DNA of 64,000 nt, from positions 64,001 to 128,000 of IMG/VR virus record IMGVR_UViG_3300025132_000021, one strand, 5' to 3'. The notes below the pieces were generated by a model, which was given only the letters and a program-made list of their open reading frames with translations, was not told where the DNA came from and did no database searches. Below are positions 18,163 through 26,733 of the stretch, in pieces (within the stretch, counting starts at the first letter, position 1; each line of letters starts with the position of its first letter). Source of the DNA: a virus. The position numbers and the translations under genes are program-made.

Positions 18163-18849
18163 ATGAGTATGCGAAGTCAAGTATATGAATGGGACGCTGG
18201 CCGTGGAACTAACCAAGTTCAAGCAGCCGAAGCAGGACAAAGAATCAGTATTTTTATCGGCGGATTCGGTAACAACATTACCAAGCCTGCTGAAACCACT
18301 GCAACCGAGTTCGTTGTTATTGAAGATATTGCTGTAACCCCTACACTATCTATTGGTGTAGATGCAACAGCAGGTGCGGCTGTCACAGGTCTTGCTGATG
18401 GTTCAGTTCGTGGTCTACTTTACAACAGCGTTCAGGGTGTCGCAGGTCCTCGTGCCTACACTCAAGTTCGTATCAACACCACTGATTACTTCTTGAACCC
18501 TGACAATGTGCCAAACGACGGTATTCCGGGAACTGCTTCCCCATACCCACGAAGTATCAACTTCCAGCCTTCGTTCAACCTATACCCTGATGTATATGTT
18601 CTACCGGGTCAAGTTTGGGATGTTATCGTAACCTTCTACAACGCACTTGGTCTTGGAGATGCTGCTACTGGCGCACCTCTGGCTGGCACAACCAATGTTG
18701 TCGCTACTAACCAATTGCAGTGTTTCGTGAAATACACTCTGTATGACGGACCTGATGCACTCATCGCTAACAAGTTGTTGGAGATGGGTATTTCCATCAA
18801 CCCCGGAAATGTAGACTGGTATAAGCGAAGCCTTCTTGCTTCACAGTAA
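18163..18849 (+). CDS. putative major capsid protein B (paralog of A)
   Basis: GGAGGTG SD; identical N-terminus MSMRSQVYEW and C-terminal KYTLYDGPDALIANKLLE..VDWYKRSL; TTC/AAC/ATC/TAC codon preference. Confidence 0.6.
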   Translation: MSMRSQVYEWDAGRGTNQVQAAEAGQRISIFIGGFGNNITKPAETTATEFVVIEDIAVTPTLSIGVDATAGAAVTGLADGSVRGLLYNSVQGVAGPRAYTQVRINTTDYFLNPDNVPNDGIPGTASPYPRSINFQPSFNLYPDVYVLPGQVWDVIVTFYNALGLGDAATGAPLAGTTNVVATNQLQCFVKYTLYDGPDALIANKLLEMGISINPGNVDWYKRSLLASQ

Positions 18850-18870
18850 GTGTAGGACGCTGAAACCAAC

Positions 18871-18939
18871 GAGCCGTTAGGCTTGTGGCCGAGGTATTGC
18901 CGAAAGGCTACCAATGAAGCCACAGCCTGATGTGCGCTC
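18871..18939 (+). ncRNA. long hairpin containing a kink-turn and a GAAA tetraloop
   Basis: AGGCT.GTGGC/GCCACAGCCT stem; GGC-CGA-GGTA paired with TACC-AAT-GA-AGCC; GCC-GAAA-GGC cap. Confidence 0.6.
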
Positions 18940-18955
18940 TAAGGGAGTAGATGTC

Positions 18956-19174
18956 ATGCGTAGGCTGTTAAAGGATGTTATCGTTGTCGGCACAGCACTT
19001 TTTGTGTTAGGCACATGGATGACTTCGCACCACAGTCATAAGGTAATAACACAGGAACACCCTGAACATAAAGTTCGGGACTTCTTGATTTACACTTGTG
19101 TCGGTATTGCGTTAATCACCGTGGGCAGCAACATGATGACTGATGGGTTCGTTAGCAGACTCCGAGGAGATTAG
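18956..19174 (+). CDS. small 2-TM membrane protein
   Basis: GGAG SD after the hairpin; paralog of the next gene. Confidence 0.65.
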   Translation: MRRLLKDVIVVGTALFVLGTWMTSHHSHKVITQEHPEHKVRDFLIYTCVGIALITVGSNMMTDGFVSRLRGD

Positions 19175-19175
19175 T

Positions 19176-19376
19176 ATGACCGTCAAGAATAGTTCACTAT
19201 TGATTGGCGGTGTTATGTTTCTCACAGGGTTTGTTTTAACAACTTATCATGTGTCGTATCTGATGGACCCTCAACGAAGTGCGCTAAAACACCTCGTCTG
19301 GGCGATAGTAGGCGTAGGTTTGTTCCAAATTGGTTCAAACTTAACTGCCAGTGGAATCCATGATAAGTTGTCTTAG
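19176..19376 (+). CDS. small 2-TM membrane protein
   Basis: GAGGAG SD; shares F..G...T..H and VG..L...GSN with the upstream gene. Confidence 0.65.
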   Translation: MTVKNSSLLIGGVMFLTGFVLTTYHVSYLMDPQRSALKHLVWAIVGVGLFQIGSNLTASGIHDKLS

Positions 19377-19387
19377 GTGTTGTTCAC

Positions 19388-19843
19388 ATGAGCATCTTTG
19401 ATGTAGATAAGTATTTTATTGTCAAAGATTGGGGCATTAACCCTTACGACCCAGATTCAACATGGGACGGATTGAAAAGCCTTCAGTTAAAAGAATTGAT
19501 GCGACTTGCTAAATCATTAACTGATGTTGATGGAGGCATGAAAAGCAACTACGAATCTTACAAAGAAAAGGATTCCTATGCGAAGCGAGACACACTCGTA
19601 GGTTGGATTATGGGTTTAATTTACTTTAATGATGTAAATTATTTCCACGACAAATTGAGTTCTCCGAAAGGATTTCTTGCACCCAGCCATCCTTTTGTAA
19701 TGTCTTTTGTTGAGTATTTTGTGCTGAACTATCAACGACCCACCCAGATTCTTAACTGTTCTGATGCCTTTTTAGTAAGTATGATGCGTCGTTATGGTGG
19801 AGGCAAATGGATTATTGCTCACAAGAAATATGGTGATGCTTAA
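19388..19843 (+). CDS. hypothetical protein
   Basis: 151-aa ORF translationally coupled to the next. Confidence 0.65.
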   Translation: MSIFDVDKYFIVKDWGINPYDPDSTWDGLKSLQLKELMRLAKSLTDVDGGMKSNYESYKEKDSYAKRDTLVGWIMGLIYFNDVNYFHDKLSSPKGFLAPSHPFVMSFVEYFVLNYQRPTQILNCSDAFLVSMMRRYGGGKWIIAHKKYGDA

Positions 19844-20463
19844 TGAATCCAGAGATATTTCAATCGCTACGACAGGCTCGTATTCTTAATTGGACTTATT
19901 TTGCTCACATAGAACAATTTATCCGTGCCAATCTTGAAGATTTTAAGAATCTTTACACTGATAGATACTGGCGTGCCAAAATGACAGACGAAGACCGCAA
20001 AATGGCGAGCCATCCAAATCGTGGATACAGATGGATACCTAATTATTTAGAGAAACAGCGTTCAGAATTACAAGAAAAACTTTTAGATTATGTAGTTGGA
20101 CCTGATAATTATGAAAGCGGTTTGTGGAGTAGTTCTAAGTTTTGTTATAGTTGTGGAGTTACACAAGAAGACCGCAACGATTTCTTAAGAGATATGAACG
20201 AATGCTTAAAAAGCAAATCTACGAAAACCCCTCCCGACGCATTTCTCACAGGCTTAGGTGTTTTAGAATATAAAAGGATAAGAAGTGCGTGTTTCCAAGA
20301 AACTTCTACTAAATATGACCCTAAAGTTTCTCTTAGTATGAGCGAAGAAAGGTGGGAAATGGGTTCAATTCCATTTGCGGCTACTATGAATTATGGTTTT
20401 TGTAGTGGTTGTTGGGACGATATTAAAAAACAGAGTCAAGAACTAATCCGAAGGTTTAAGTAG
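19843..20463 (+). CDS. hypothetical Zn-binding protein
   Basis: CYSC and CSGC pairs; GGTGA SD; TAG stop inside the next promoter. Confidence 0.65.
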   Translation: MNPEIFQSLRQARILNWTYFAHIEQFIRANLEDFKNLYTDRYWRAKMTDEDRKMASHPNRGYRWIPNYLEKQRSELQEKLLDYVVGPDNYESGLWSSSKFCYSCGVTQEDRNDFLRDMNECLKSKSTKTPPDAFLTGLGVLEYKRIRSACFQETSTKYDPKVSLSMSEERWEMGSIPFAATMNYGFCSGCWDDIKKQSQELIRRFK

Positions 20464-20485
20464 GTATCAACGCATAGTTAGCATA

Positions 20486-21373
20486 ATGTTTGATGTTATC
20501 GTCCCTACTTACAAAGTTTCTACCGAGTTCCTGAAACCTTGTTTAGACTCTATCTTGAATCAAAACTTTACAGATTGGCACTGTTGGATTGCAGATGGCA
20601 CACCCGAAGACGATGCTACTTACCAGCCCATGATGGACTTAATAGCAAACTATCCTGCGGATAGATTTACTTATCTGCGCCAATCGGGTCGTGGAGTTTC
20701 TCAAGCCCGAAACGAGGCTATTGCTCAAGGCACACAGCCCTTTATTGCTACTTTAGATGGTGATGATTTGTGGTATCCAGAACACTTAACTTGGATGGTA
20801 GAAGCGATTGAATCTACTACGGACGACCATGTTTTGTGGTGGGCAGGTGCAGATGCTCTCATAGAAATGATTTCAATGAAAACAGGAAACCATTATCAGA
20901 ACCGAGGCATTATTGGCTGGTTTGAAGATTACTCAAAGGTTCGTCCTGAAGATTTACATTTCTTTTTACGAGGCAACCCAGTTATTCCTTCCAACACAGT
21001 TTGTCGTCGTAATCGTTTTGAAACCGTTGGAGGCTACGATGAAGTCTTACAAATTGGAGAAGATACTGATTTATACACTCGTATGATTGCATGGGGTGAA
21101 CCCTACCGAGGCCATCAAATTGATGCTGTTTCAGGTTATCATGGTTGTGGACCACATCAAACTACTCAATTTGGTTCACAAAGTTCTGCGGCTCATGGTC
21201 GTAATGAAGACGAGTTAAAATCCGAGTTTATTAAACAGAAACTATACTGGTATGGCAAAAATAATGAAATGCCTGAATGTCCCGAAGGCGTAGACCCTGA
21301 TTATTGGTTCTGGTTAATAGATTCTGTGAACAACCGATTTAAGGATAACCTAATGTTTGAGATTCAGGGATAA
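20486..21373 (+). CDS. glycosyltransferase family 2
   Basis: VIVPTY, CLDSILNQ, GVSQARN, LDGDD, GGYDE..GEDTDL; P-I at 20456. Confidence 0.9.
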   Translation: MFDVIVPTYKVSTEFLKPCLDSILNQNFTDWHCWIADGTPEDDATYQPMMDLIANYPADRFTYLRQSGRGVSQARNEAIAQGTQPFIATLDGDDLWYPEHLTWMVEAIESTTDDHVLWWAGADALIEMISMKTGNHYQNRGIIGWFEDYSKVRPEDLHFFLRGNPVIPSNTVCRRNRFETVGGYDEVLQIGEDTDLYTRMIAWGEPYRGHQIDAVSGYHGCGPHQTTQFGSQSSAAHGRNEDELKSEFIKQKLYWYGKNNEMPECPEGVDPDYWFWLIDSVNNRFKDNLMFEIQG

Positions 21374-21409
21374 TGAACCTTAAGTAAGTCCTACAATCTA
21401 TGCTATGCT

Positions 21410-22771
21410 ATGAGCCGAATTGAAATAGAAACTCCTATCGGGCCAATTAGTGCCGATTTAGACAACCTAAGCGAAGATTTATCCTACCTACTAAGTAAGG
21501 TCAAGAAAACAGACAAAATTGATGAATCAACTTTGGCTTTCTTAGGTATTGCTCGTGATGATGATAGCGTGGCCGTAGAGTCTAAGAGAACCTACTATCA
21601 CGATAGGTCTTATGTGTTTTGGATGGATGCTATGCTCACAGTTTTAGAAAAAGATTACCGAATTGTTAAAACTGAAAATTACAATTACGGCAACAACAAA
21701 ACCGCACCTATTTGGTTTGATGAAAAAGTAGGAGATAAAACTATTAAAGTTCCACACAAATTAGTGATGTTTGTAGAGTCTAAAACCAATGATGAAAGAT
21801 TTGTTATTACTTTCTCACCATTTGACGAGTTTGAAATTGATATGTGTTTTCAATTCCGTAGTGATAATGATTTTAATTACACAACTTTCTGGGAATCAGT
21901 AGAAAGTTATTTCTATACAGAAGGCTTGCTCAAGAATGCTCACTTTTCAGCCGATTTCAAATTATTAGATACTGAAACTTTTACATGGAATCACATGGTT
22001 ATCAAAGATACTCACCGCCGTAGTCTGGAAAGAAACTTAGTAAGGTTTATTGATTCCGTAGAACTTTTCCAAAGCAAAGGACTTCGTGGTAGTCGTGGAG
22101 TTTTGCTTGCTGGACCACCCGGAACTGGTAAAACTTTGACTTGTAAGGTTTTAATGAGCGAAATTGATGCCACAGTGCTATATGTGGCTCGTGATGCTAT
22201 CCAAAATGTAGGACAAATCACAGAACTTTACAAAATGGCACGCCGTTTTGCACCTGCAATCGTTATCTTAGAAGATATTGACACGCTTGGAGGATTGGGT
22301 CGTGATGAAGGCGACCACCCGCTACTTGGAGAGTTCCTTAACTGTTTAGCAGGAGTAGAAGAAAACAATGGAGTAGTTACTTTGGCAACTACTAATCATC
22401 CTGAAAAACTTGATTGGGCATTGACAGACCGACCCGGTAGATTTGATGTTAGAATTACTTTTGATTATCCAGATTCAGACCATCGGTTAGCGATTCTGGA
22501 GAAGTATCTTGAACCATTTAACACCAAAAAACTCAACCTCAAGAAGATTATTAAGCGAACCGAAAAGTTTTCAGGTGCTTATCTACAAGAGTTGGTTCAA
22601 TCTGCCTTTATGTTAGCCCATGAAGAATGTGGTTATTGTTCTGAACCTCAAATTACTTTAACTCATTTGGAACAAGCCATGGAACTTTTAGAATCCCAAC
22701 GACGAAAAGTTAGCCGTGAAAAGAACCTAAGTTATGGTGATGAAGTTACTATTGAAGAACTGTATAACTAA
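21410..22771 (+). CDS. classic AAA+ ATPase (CDC48/PAN/FtsH clade)
   Basis: GVLLAGPPGTGKT, ILEDID, SRH TTNHPEKLDWALTDRPGRFD, FSGAYL; P-I at 21380. Confidence 0.9.
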   Translation: MSRIEIETPIGPISADLDNLSEDLSYLLSKVKKTDKIDESTLAFLGIARDDDSVAVESKRTYYHDRSYVFWMDAMLTVLEKDYRIVKTENYNYGNNKTAPIWFDEKVGDKTIKVPHKLVMFVESKTNDERFVITFSPFDEFEIDMCFQFRSDNDFNYTTFWESVESYFYTEGLLKNAHFSADFKLLDTETFTWNHMVIKDTHRRSLERNLVRFIDSVELFQSKGLRGSRGVLLAGPPGTGKTLTCKVLMSEIDATVLYVARDAIQNVGQITELYKMARRFAPAIVILEDIDTLGGLGRDEGDHPLLGEFLNCLAGVEENNGVVTLATTNHPEKLDWALTDRPGRFDVRITFDYPDSDHRLAILEKYLEPFNTKKLNLKKIIKRTEKFSGAYLQELVQSAFMLAHEECGYCSEPQITLTHLEQAMELLESQRRKVSREKNLSYGDEVTIEELYN

Positions 22772-22809
22772 GAGTAATCTTTAAGTATCAGGTGCGCCAA
22801 CCTTTTAGC

Positions 22810-24690
22810 ATGAGTGATTTCAATTATTACTATACATTTTATGACAAGTCCAGAGGCGACGAAGTTTTAACGGCCTTGCGTCAAAGTGGGGCAGAGACTA
22901 AATCTGAAGCCATTGATTTTTTGATAGACGGTGGTTATTTACATTCTGACGAAGTTTATGATTCTGCTGTTGCTAATGCTATGGGCGACTTTTTAGGCAT
23001 TTCCTCGTATAATCCTGATGAAGATGAAGAGTTTGAAGCCCCAGTTGGCACTAAGCATTCCGCACTTGATGAAGTCCACCAAAGACTTCGTGAATCAGGT
23101 AAGAAAAGACGACAGCAAGAGATTGCTAAGGCTCGCCGTATGAAACAAAGAAAGTTTGATGCAGAAGGCACTGTCCGAATGAAAATTGAATACGAGTGGT
23201 GGTGCGACTTTTATGATGATGAAGAGGGGAGACTATACAAAGATTACAAAGGTTATTCACAAGACGATAGAATGAAAATTGAAGACTTAGTTAAGAGAGA
23301 AATTGAGTTCCATCTTGCATCTGGTGATTCCTCTGGGTATTACCCTTATGGAATGGCTGAACTTGGCTGGTCAGATGATGAAGGTTCTTATGATATTGGA
23401 TACGAGTTTTATGTCATGGCTGACGCAGACGATGGAGTAGTTTTTGATGCTGACATGGAAATGACTCCAGATATTATGGATTATCCCGGTTTGCCAGTAG
23501 TTCCTGATTCTTACGGCACTAATTCTGCTTTAGATTCTGGTAATGGTGTTCCAGTTTGGTATGGTTCGGCTGAATCAAACAGAGCGCATGGGCAATTACG
23601 CTACGACGCACGCTTTGACAGAGACCAAACAGGAGAACAAGAATTATTGCAGAATTACTATGTAAAATATAGGGTTTATGATATTGAGAACGATAAAACC
23701 TATAATGACTTGCACCCAGCATTCAGATATGAGTTTAACAAAATGATTAAAGCAGACATTGAAAGTAATTTTGATACTTTATGGATGAACGATGAAGAAG
23801 ATTTGCGGAACTTCTATGGAGAGATTGAGTATGAGGGTCCAGAAGGAGAAAAAGTAGTAATTGACTACGAGGCAACTTTGAGTCCACCTCAAATCCTATC
23901 GGAAAAATTATATTCAGATAGGAGTAATTCATATTATGAGTTTGGTGTGAACTTCAAGGGTGAAACTTTTGAAGCCCCATTCGCTGGCGCAGGTTCATTG
24001 TTTAAGTTTGGAGGAAACGATTCAGCCCTTGGCGGTTTTACCGCCAAAGAATTGACCGAATCTTCGTCCATTCACGGCGATTTTGACCACGCTTCTTTGA
24101 ATTATTCTGGTAAGCAAAACATTGAAGCCCGTGCTGAAAGTGCTAATCCAACAGGCGGTGCTACTGGCGACCAAATTATCGCATGGGAACATAATGGACT
24201 TTCTTCTCCATCTGGACCTCCTTCTGATATTTTCTGGTCTGAAGGTTCATCTGATGGTATCCATATTGTAATTCCATCATCACAAGTAAAGGAATTAACT
24301 AATCACTTTGGTATTTCCAAAGAACAATTAGAAAAAATTATGAAACACGCCATTAAGGAAGAGTTAGAAACAACTCAACAAGGAAGTTATGCCAGTTTCC
24401 CGTATGGATACAATGATGATTTATCTAACATACAACTTGATGCTGAAGGCTATGGAGATGTTCAAAAGTATGTTTCTATTGATTTTAATTGGGATTATTC
24501 TGGAGAGCATGAAGATGCTGTTTCTGATGGTGATTACTACATCACCGACCAAATTAAAGATTTGGTAGAATCGGAGGTAGAAAGCGGTGAATACAGTGGT
24601 AGTGGTTGGTATTCTTACACAGTTGAAATTGAAGATGATAAAGGCGAAATTACCGAAGAAGATGTAGATATTGATTATTCATGGGGATGA
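22810..24690 (+). CDS. acidic polyprotein-like protein with many Phi-x-A-x motifs
   Basis: P-I at 22781 puts the start at ATG 22810; FEAP, FDAE, FDAD, GSAE, YDAR, LDAE. Confidence 0.75.
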   Translation: MSDFNYYYTFYDKSRGDEVLTALRQSGAETKSEAIDFLIDGGYLHSDEVYDSAVANAMGDFLGISSYNPDEDEEFEAPVGTKHSALDEVHQRLRESGKKRRQQEIAKARRMKQRKFDAEGTVRMKIEYEWWCDFYDDEEGRLYKDYKGYSQDDRMKIEDLVKREIEFHLASGDSSGYYPYGMAELGWSDDEGSYDIGYEFYVMADADDGVVFDADMEMTPDIMDYPGLPVVPDSYGTNSALDSGNGVPVWYGSAESNRAHGQLRYDARFDRDQTGEQELLQNYYVKYRVYDIENDKTYNDLHPAFRYEFNKMIKADIESNFDTLWMNDEEDLRNFYGEIEYEGPEGEKVVIDYEATLSPPQILSEKLYSDRSNSYYEFGVNFKGETFEAPFAGAGSLFKFGGNDSALGGFTAKELTESSSIHGDFDHASLNYSGKQNIEARAESANPTGGATGDQIIAWEHNGLSSPSGPPSDIFWSEGSSDGIHIVIPSSQVKELTNHFGISKEQLEKIMKHAIKEELETTQQGSYASFPYGYNDDLSNIQLDAEGYGDVQKYVSIDFNWDYSGEHEDAVSDGDYYITDQIKDLVESEVESGEYSGSGWYSYTVEIEDDKGEITEEDVDIDYSWG

Positions 24691-24694
24691 TTTA

Positions 24695-26698
24695 ATGAGT
24701 TTCAAACCTCCTCAATCTGCGATTAACAACGCCAAGCGTGGCTTAAAGTTGCGTCAAGAGTGGGGTCGTGGAGGCTTGTCGCCCGCAGAGGCTAAGGCTC
24801 AAGGTATTGATTCAGGAGTTACTCGTGCCAGAAAGATTTCATCAGGCACAGTTTCCGAACATGATGTTCGTAGAATGTCGGCTTTTAACCGACACCGTAA
24901 AAACTATCGCCCTGAAAAGAAAATGCCCGACGGAGGACCAACCGCAGGAACTATTGCATGGTTGCTTTGGGGTGGAACTTCTGGTGTGAATTGGGCTAAG
25001 AAAAAGTCTGCTGCTATGAATGCCGAAACTTTTAGTTCTGATGAGTTCACTGAAGAAGAAGAAACTTTAGAAGAACTCTACGAAGATTACTTAGAAGAAT
25101 TAGATACTTACGGACACGATGGTCCTATTATGTCTAAATCTGAATATGGTCGTTACCTTTCAGATATGGAAGATAAAACTTTTGAGGCTCCTAAGATTTG
25201 TTGGGAATGCAACAAAGAATGGGAATATAGTTCACGAGATAAAAGCCATTCCAACTTCTGTCACGATTGTTCTCCAAGACCAGAAACTTTTGATGCTGAA
25301 GAATACGCACCAGAGATGACTGATGAAGAAATGGAAGAGATTTTGCGACAGCGTGAAGCCTTTGAAGAGGAATTAGAACGCTTACAAAATGACCCAGATT
25401 TTACTACTCTTGAAGCCGAAGACCCTGATGACCCTGAATTATTAGGCTACATGGTTAATGTTCCTGTTTTACATTATTACACAGTTGGTCCAGTAGAAGC
25501 GTATAACCGAGAAGATGCTGAAGATGAAGTAGTAGACAACTGGCGTTATTGGCGAAGCACTATTGACAACAATGGCGATTGGGGAGGTCCTATTTGGCGT
25601 TATCGTGGTATTGACATCAGCGAACCAGAAGCCTATTTCCCCACAGAGTATCAAGCCGAATACAAAACCATGCGTAAAGATGAAATCGGTCAATTAGTCT
25701 CTGCTACCAAAGCCTGCTTAGATGCTTTGAATGATTGTTTAGAAGATGATGGGCGTTTCAACATGGACGAATATGATGCTCTTTGGGCTACACATCCTAT
25801 TCTGGCAGACTTACAATCCAAAAGATTTGAAGCGTCTGGTCTAACTATGCCCGCAGGTTTCCAAGAAACTGACGATTATTATTCCGACGACGGCGCACAC
25901 ATTATTACTGCTGAAATCCCATTTTTGGCTCCTAAAGGATACTATATTTCTGATATGGAGTTCCATGATGGACACATTGAAGTAATTTTTATCAGCGAAG
26001 ATGATAAAACTTTTGATGCAGATTGGCGAGAATTGCCTCGTGATTCCAAAGGTCGCTGGATGTCTAAAAAACAACCAAAAGTTTCAACTTATTCTCGTAG
26101 TCTAATTACTCTGCGTGACTTATCTGAACAACTTCAAGAAGGTTTAGGATTAGAAGATTTCAACTCCGCTTACTTTACGGTTCAACAAATGTTAGATGCT
26201 TTCCCCGGTGGAGATTCTGCCGAAGCCCGCCGAGCCTTAAGAGATACCATAGAAGACACGGCTCTTGTGCTACAATATAATGAAGAAATTGATTATCCTA
26301 CTCATATTCAAATCATGGCAGACATTTACCGAGAATCTGGTGATGTTCCTCCAGAACAATACGAAGATGCAGTATTCAATAGACTTGCTTTTGAAGATGA
26401 GTTCGCTGCTGAACGCCGAGTTAAACCAAATCTCCCAAGAACCAGTCCAGACTACACTTATTCTGAAACTTTTGGAAAGAACATTGTTTTGTTGGCAGAA
26501 GATGACGAAGACGAAGGACCTACCGTAGAAGATTTTTTCCGAGAGGCAGAAAAACTTTTCAACAAATATGGTGAGTTCAATTGGGATTCAGAACAGCACG
26601 ATGATGGTTTGCACATCAGTTGCTTTTTAGTTCCGTGGAATGGGGCATATAACTTTTTCCAATACGACGAAGATTTTTCCGAATATCGTGATGAATGA
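24695..26698 (+). CDS. polyprotein-like protein: basic N-terminal IAWLLWGG module followed by acidic modules
   Basis: MNAE, FEAP, FDAE, LEAE, YQAE, FEAS, FDAD, FAAE separate short modules. Confidence 0.75.
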   Translation: MSFKPPQSAINNAKRGLKLRQEWGRGGLSPAEAKAQGIDSGVTRARKISSGTVSEHDVRRMSAFNRHRKNYRPEKKMPDGGPTAGTIAWLLWGGTSGVNWAKKKSAAMNAETFSSDEFTEEEETLEELYEDYLEELDTYGHDGPIMSKSEYGRYLSDMEDKTFEAPKICWECNKEWEYSSRDKSHSNFCHDCSPRPETFDAEEYAPEMTDEEMEEILRQREAFEEELERLQNDPDFTTLEAEDPDDPELLGYMVNVPVLHYYTVGPVEAYNREDAEDEVVDNWRYWRSTIDNNGDWGGPIWRYRGIDISEPEAYFPTEYQAEYKTMRKDEIGQLVSATKACLDALNDCLEDDGRFNMDEYDALWATHPILADLQSKRFEASGLTMPAGFQETDDYYSDDGAHIITAEIPFLAPKGYYISDMEFHDGHIEVIFISEDDKTFDADWRELPRDSKGRWMSKKQPKVSTYSRSLITLRDLSEQLQEGLGLEDFNSAYFTVQQMLDAFPGGDSAEARRALRDTIEDTALVLQYNEEIDYPTHIQIMADIYRESGDVPPEQYEDAVFNRLAFEDEFAAERRVKPNLPRTSPDYTYSETFGKNIVLLAEDDEDEGPTVEDFFREAEKLFNKYGEFNWDSEQHDDGLHISCFLVPWNGAYNFFQYDEDFSEYRDE

Positions 26699-26733
26699 GA
26701 ATCTTTAAGTAGTCGTGATGATAAACAATTGTT

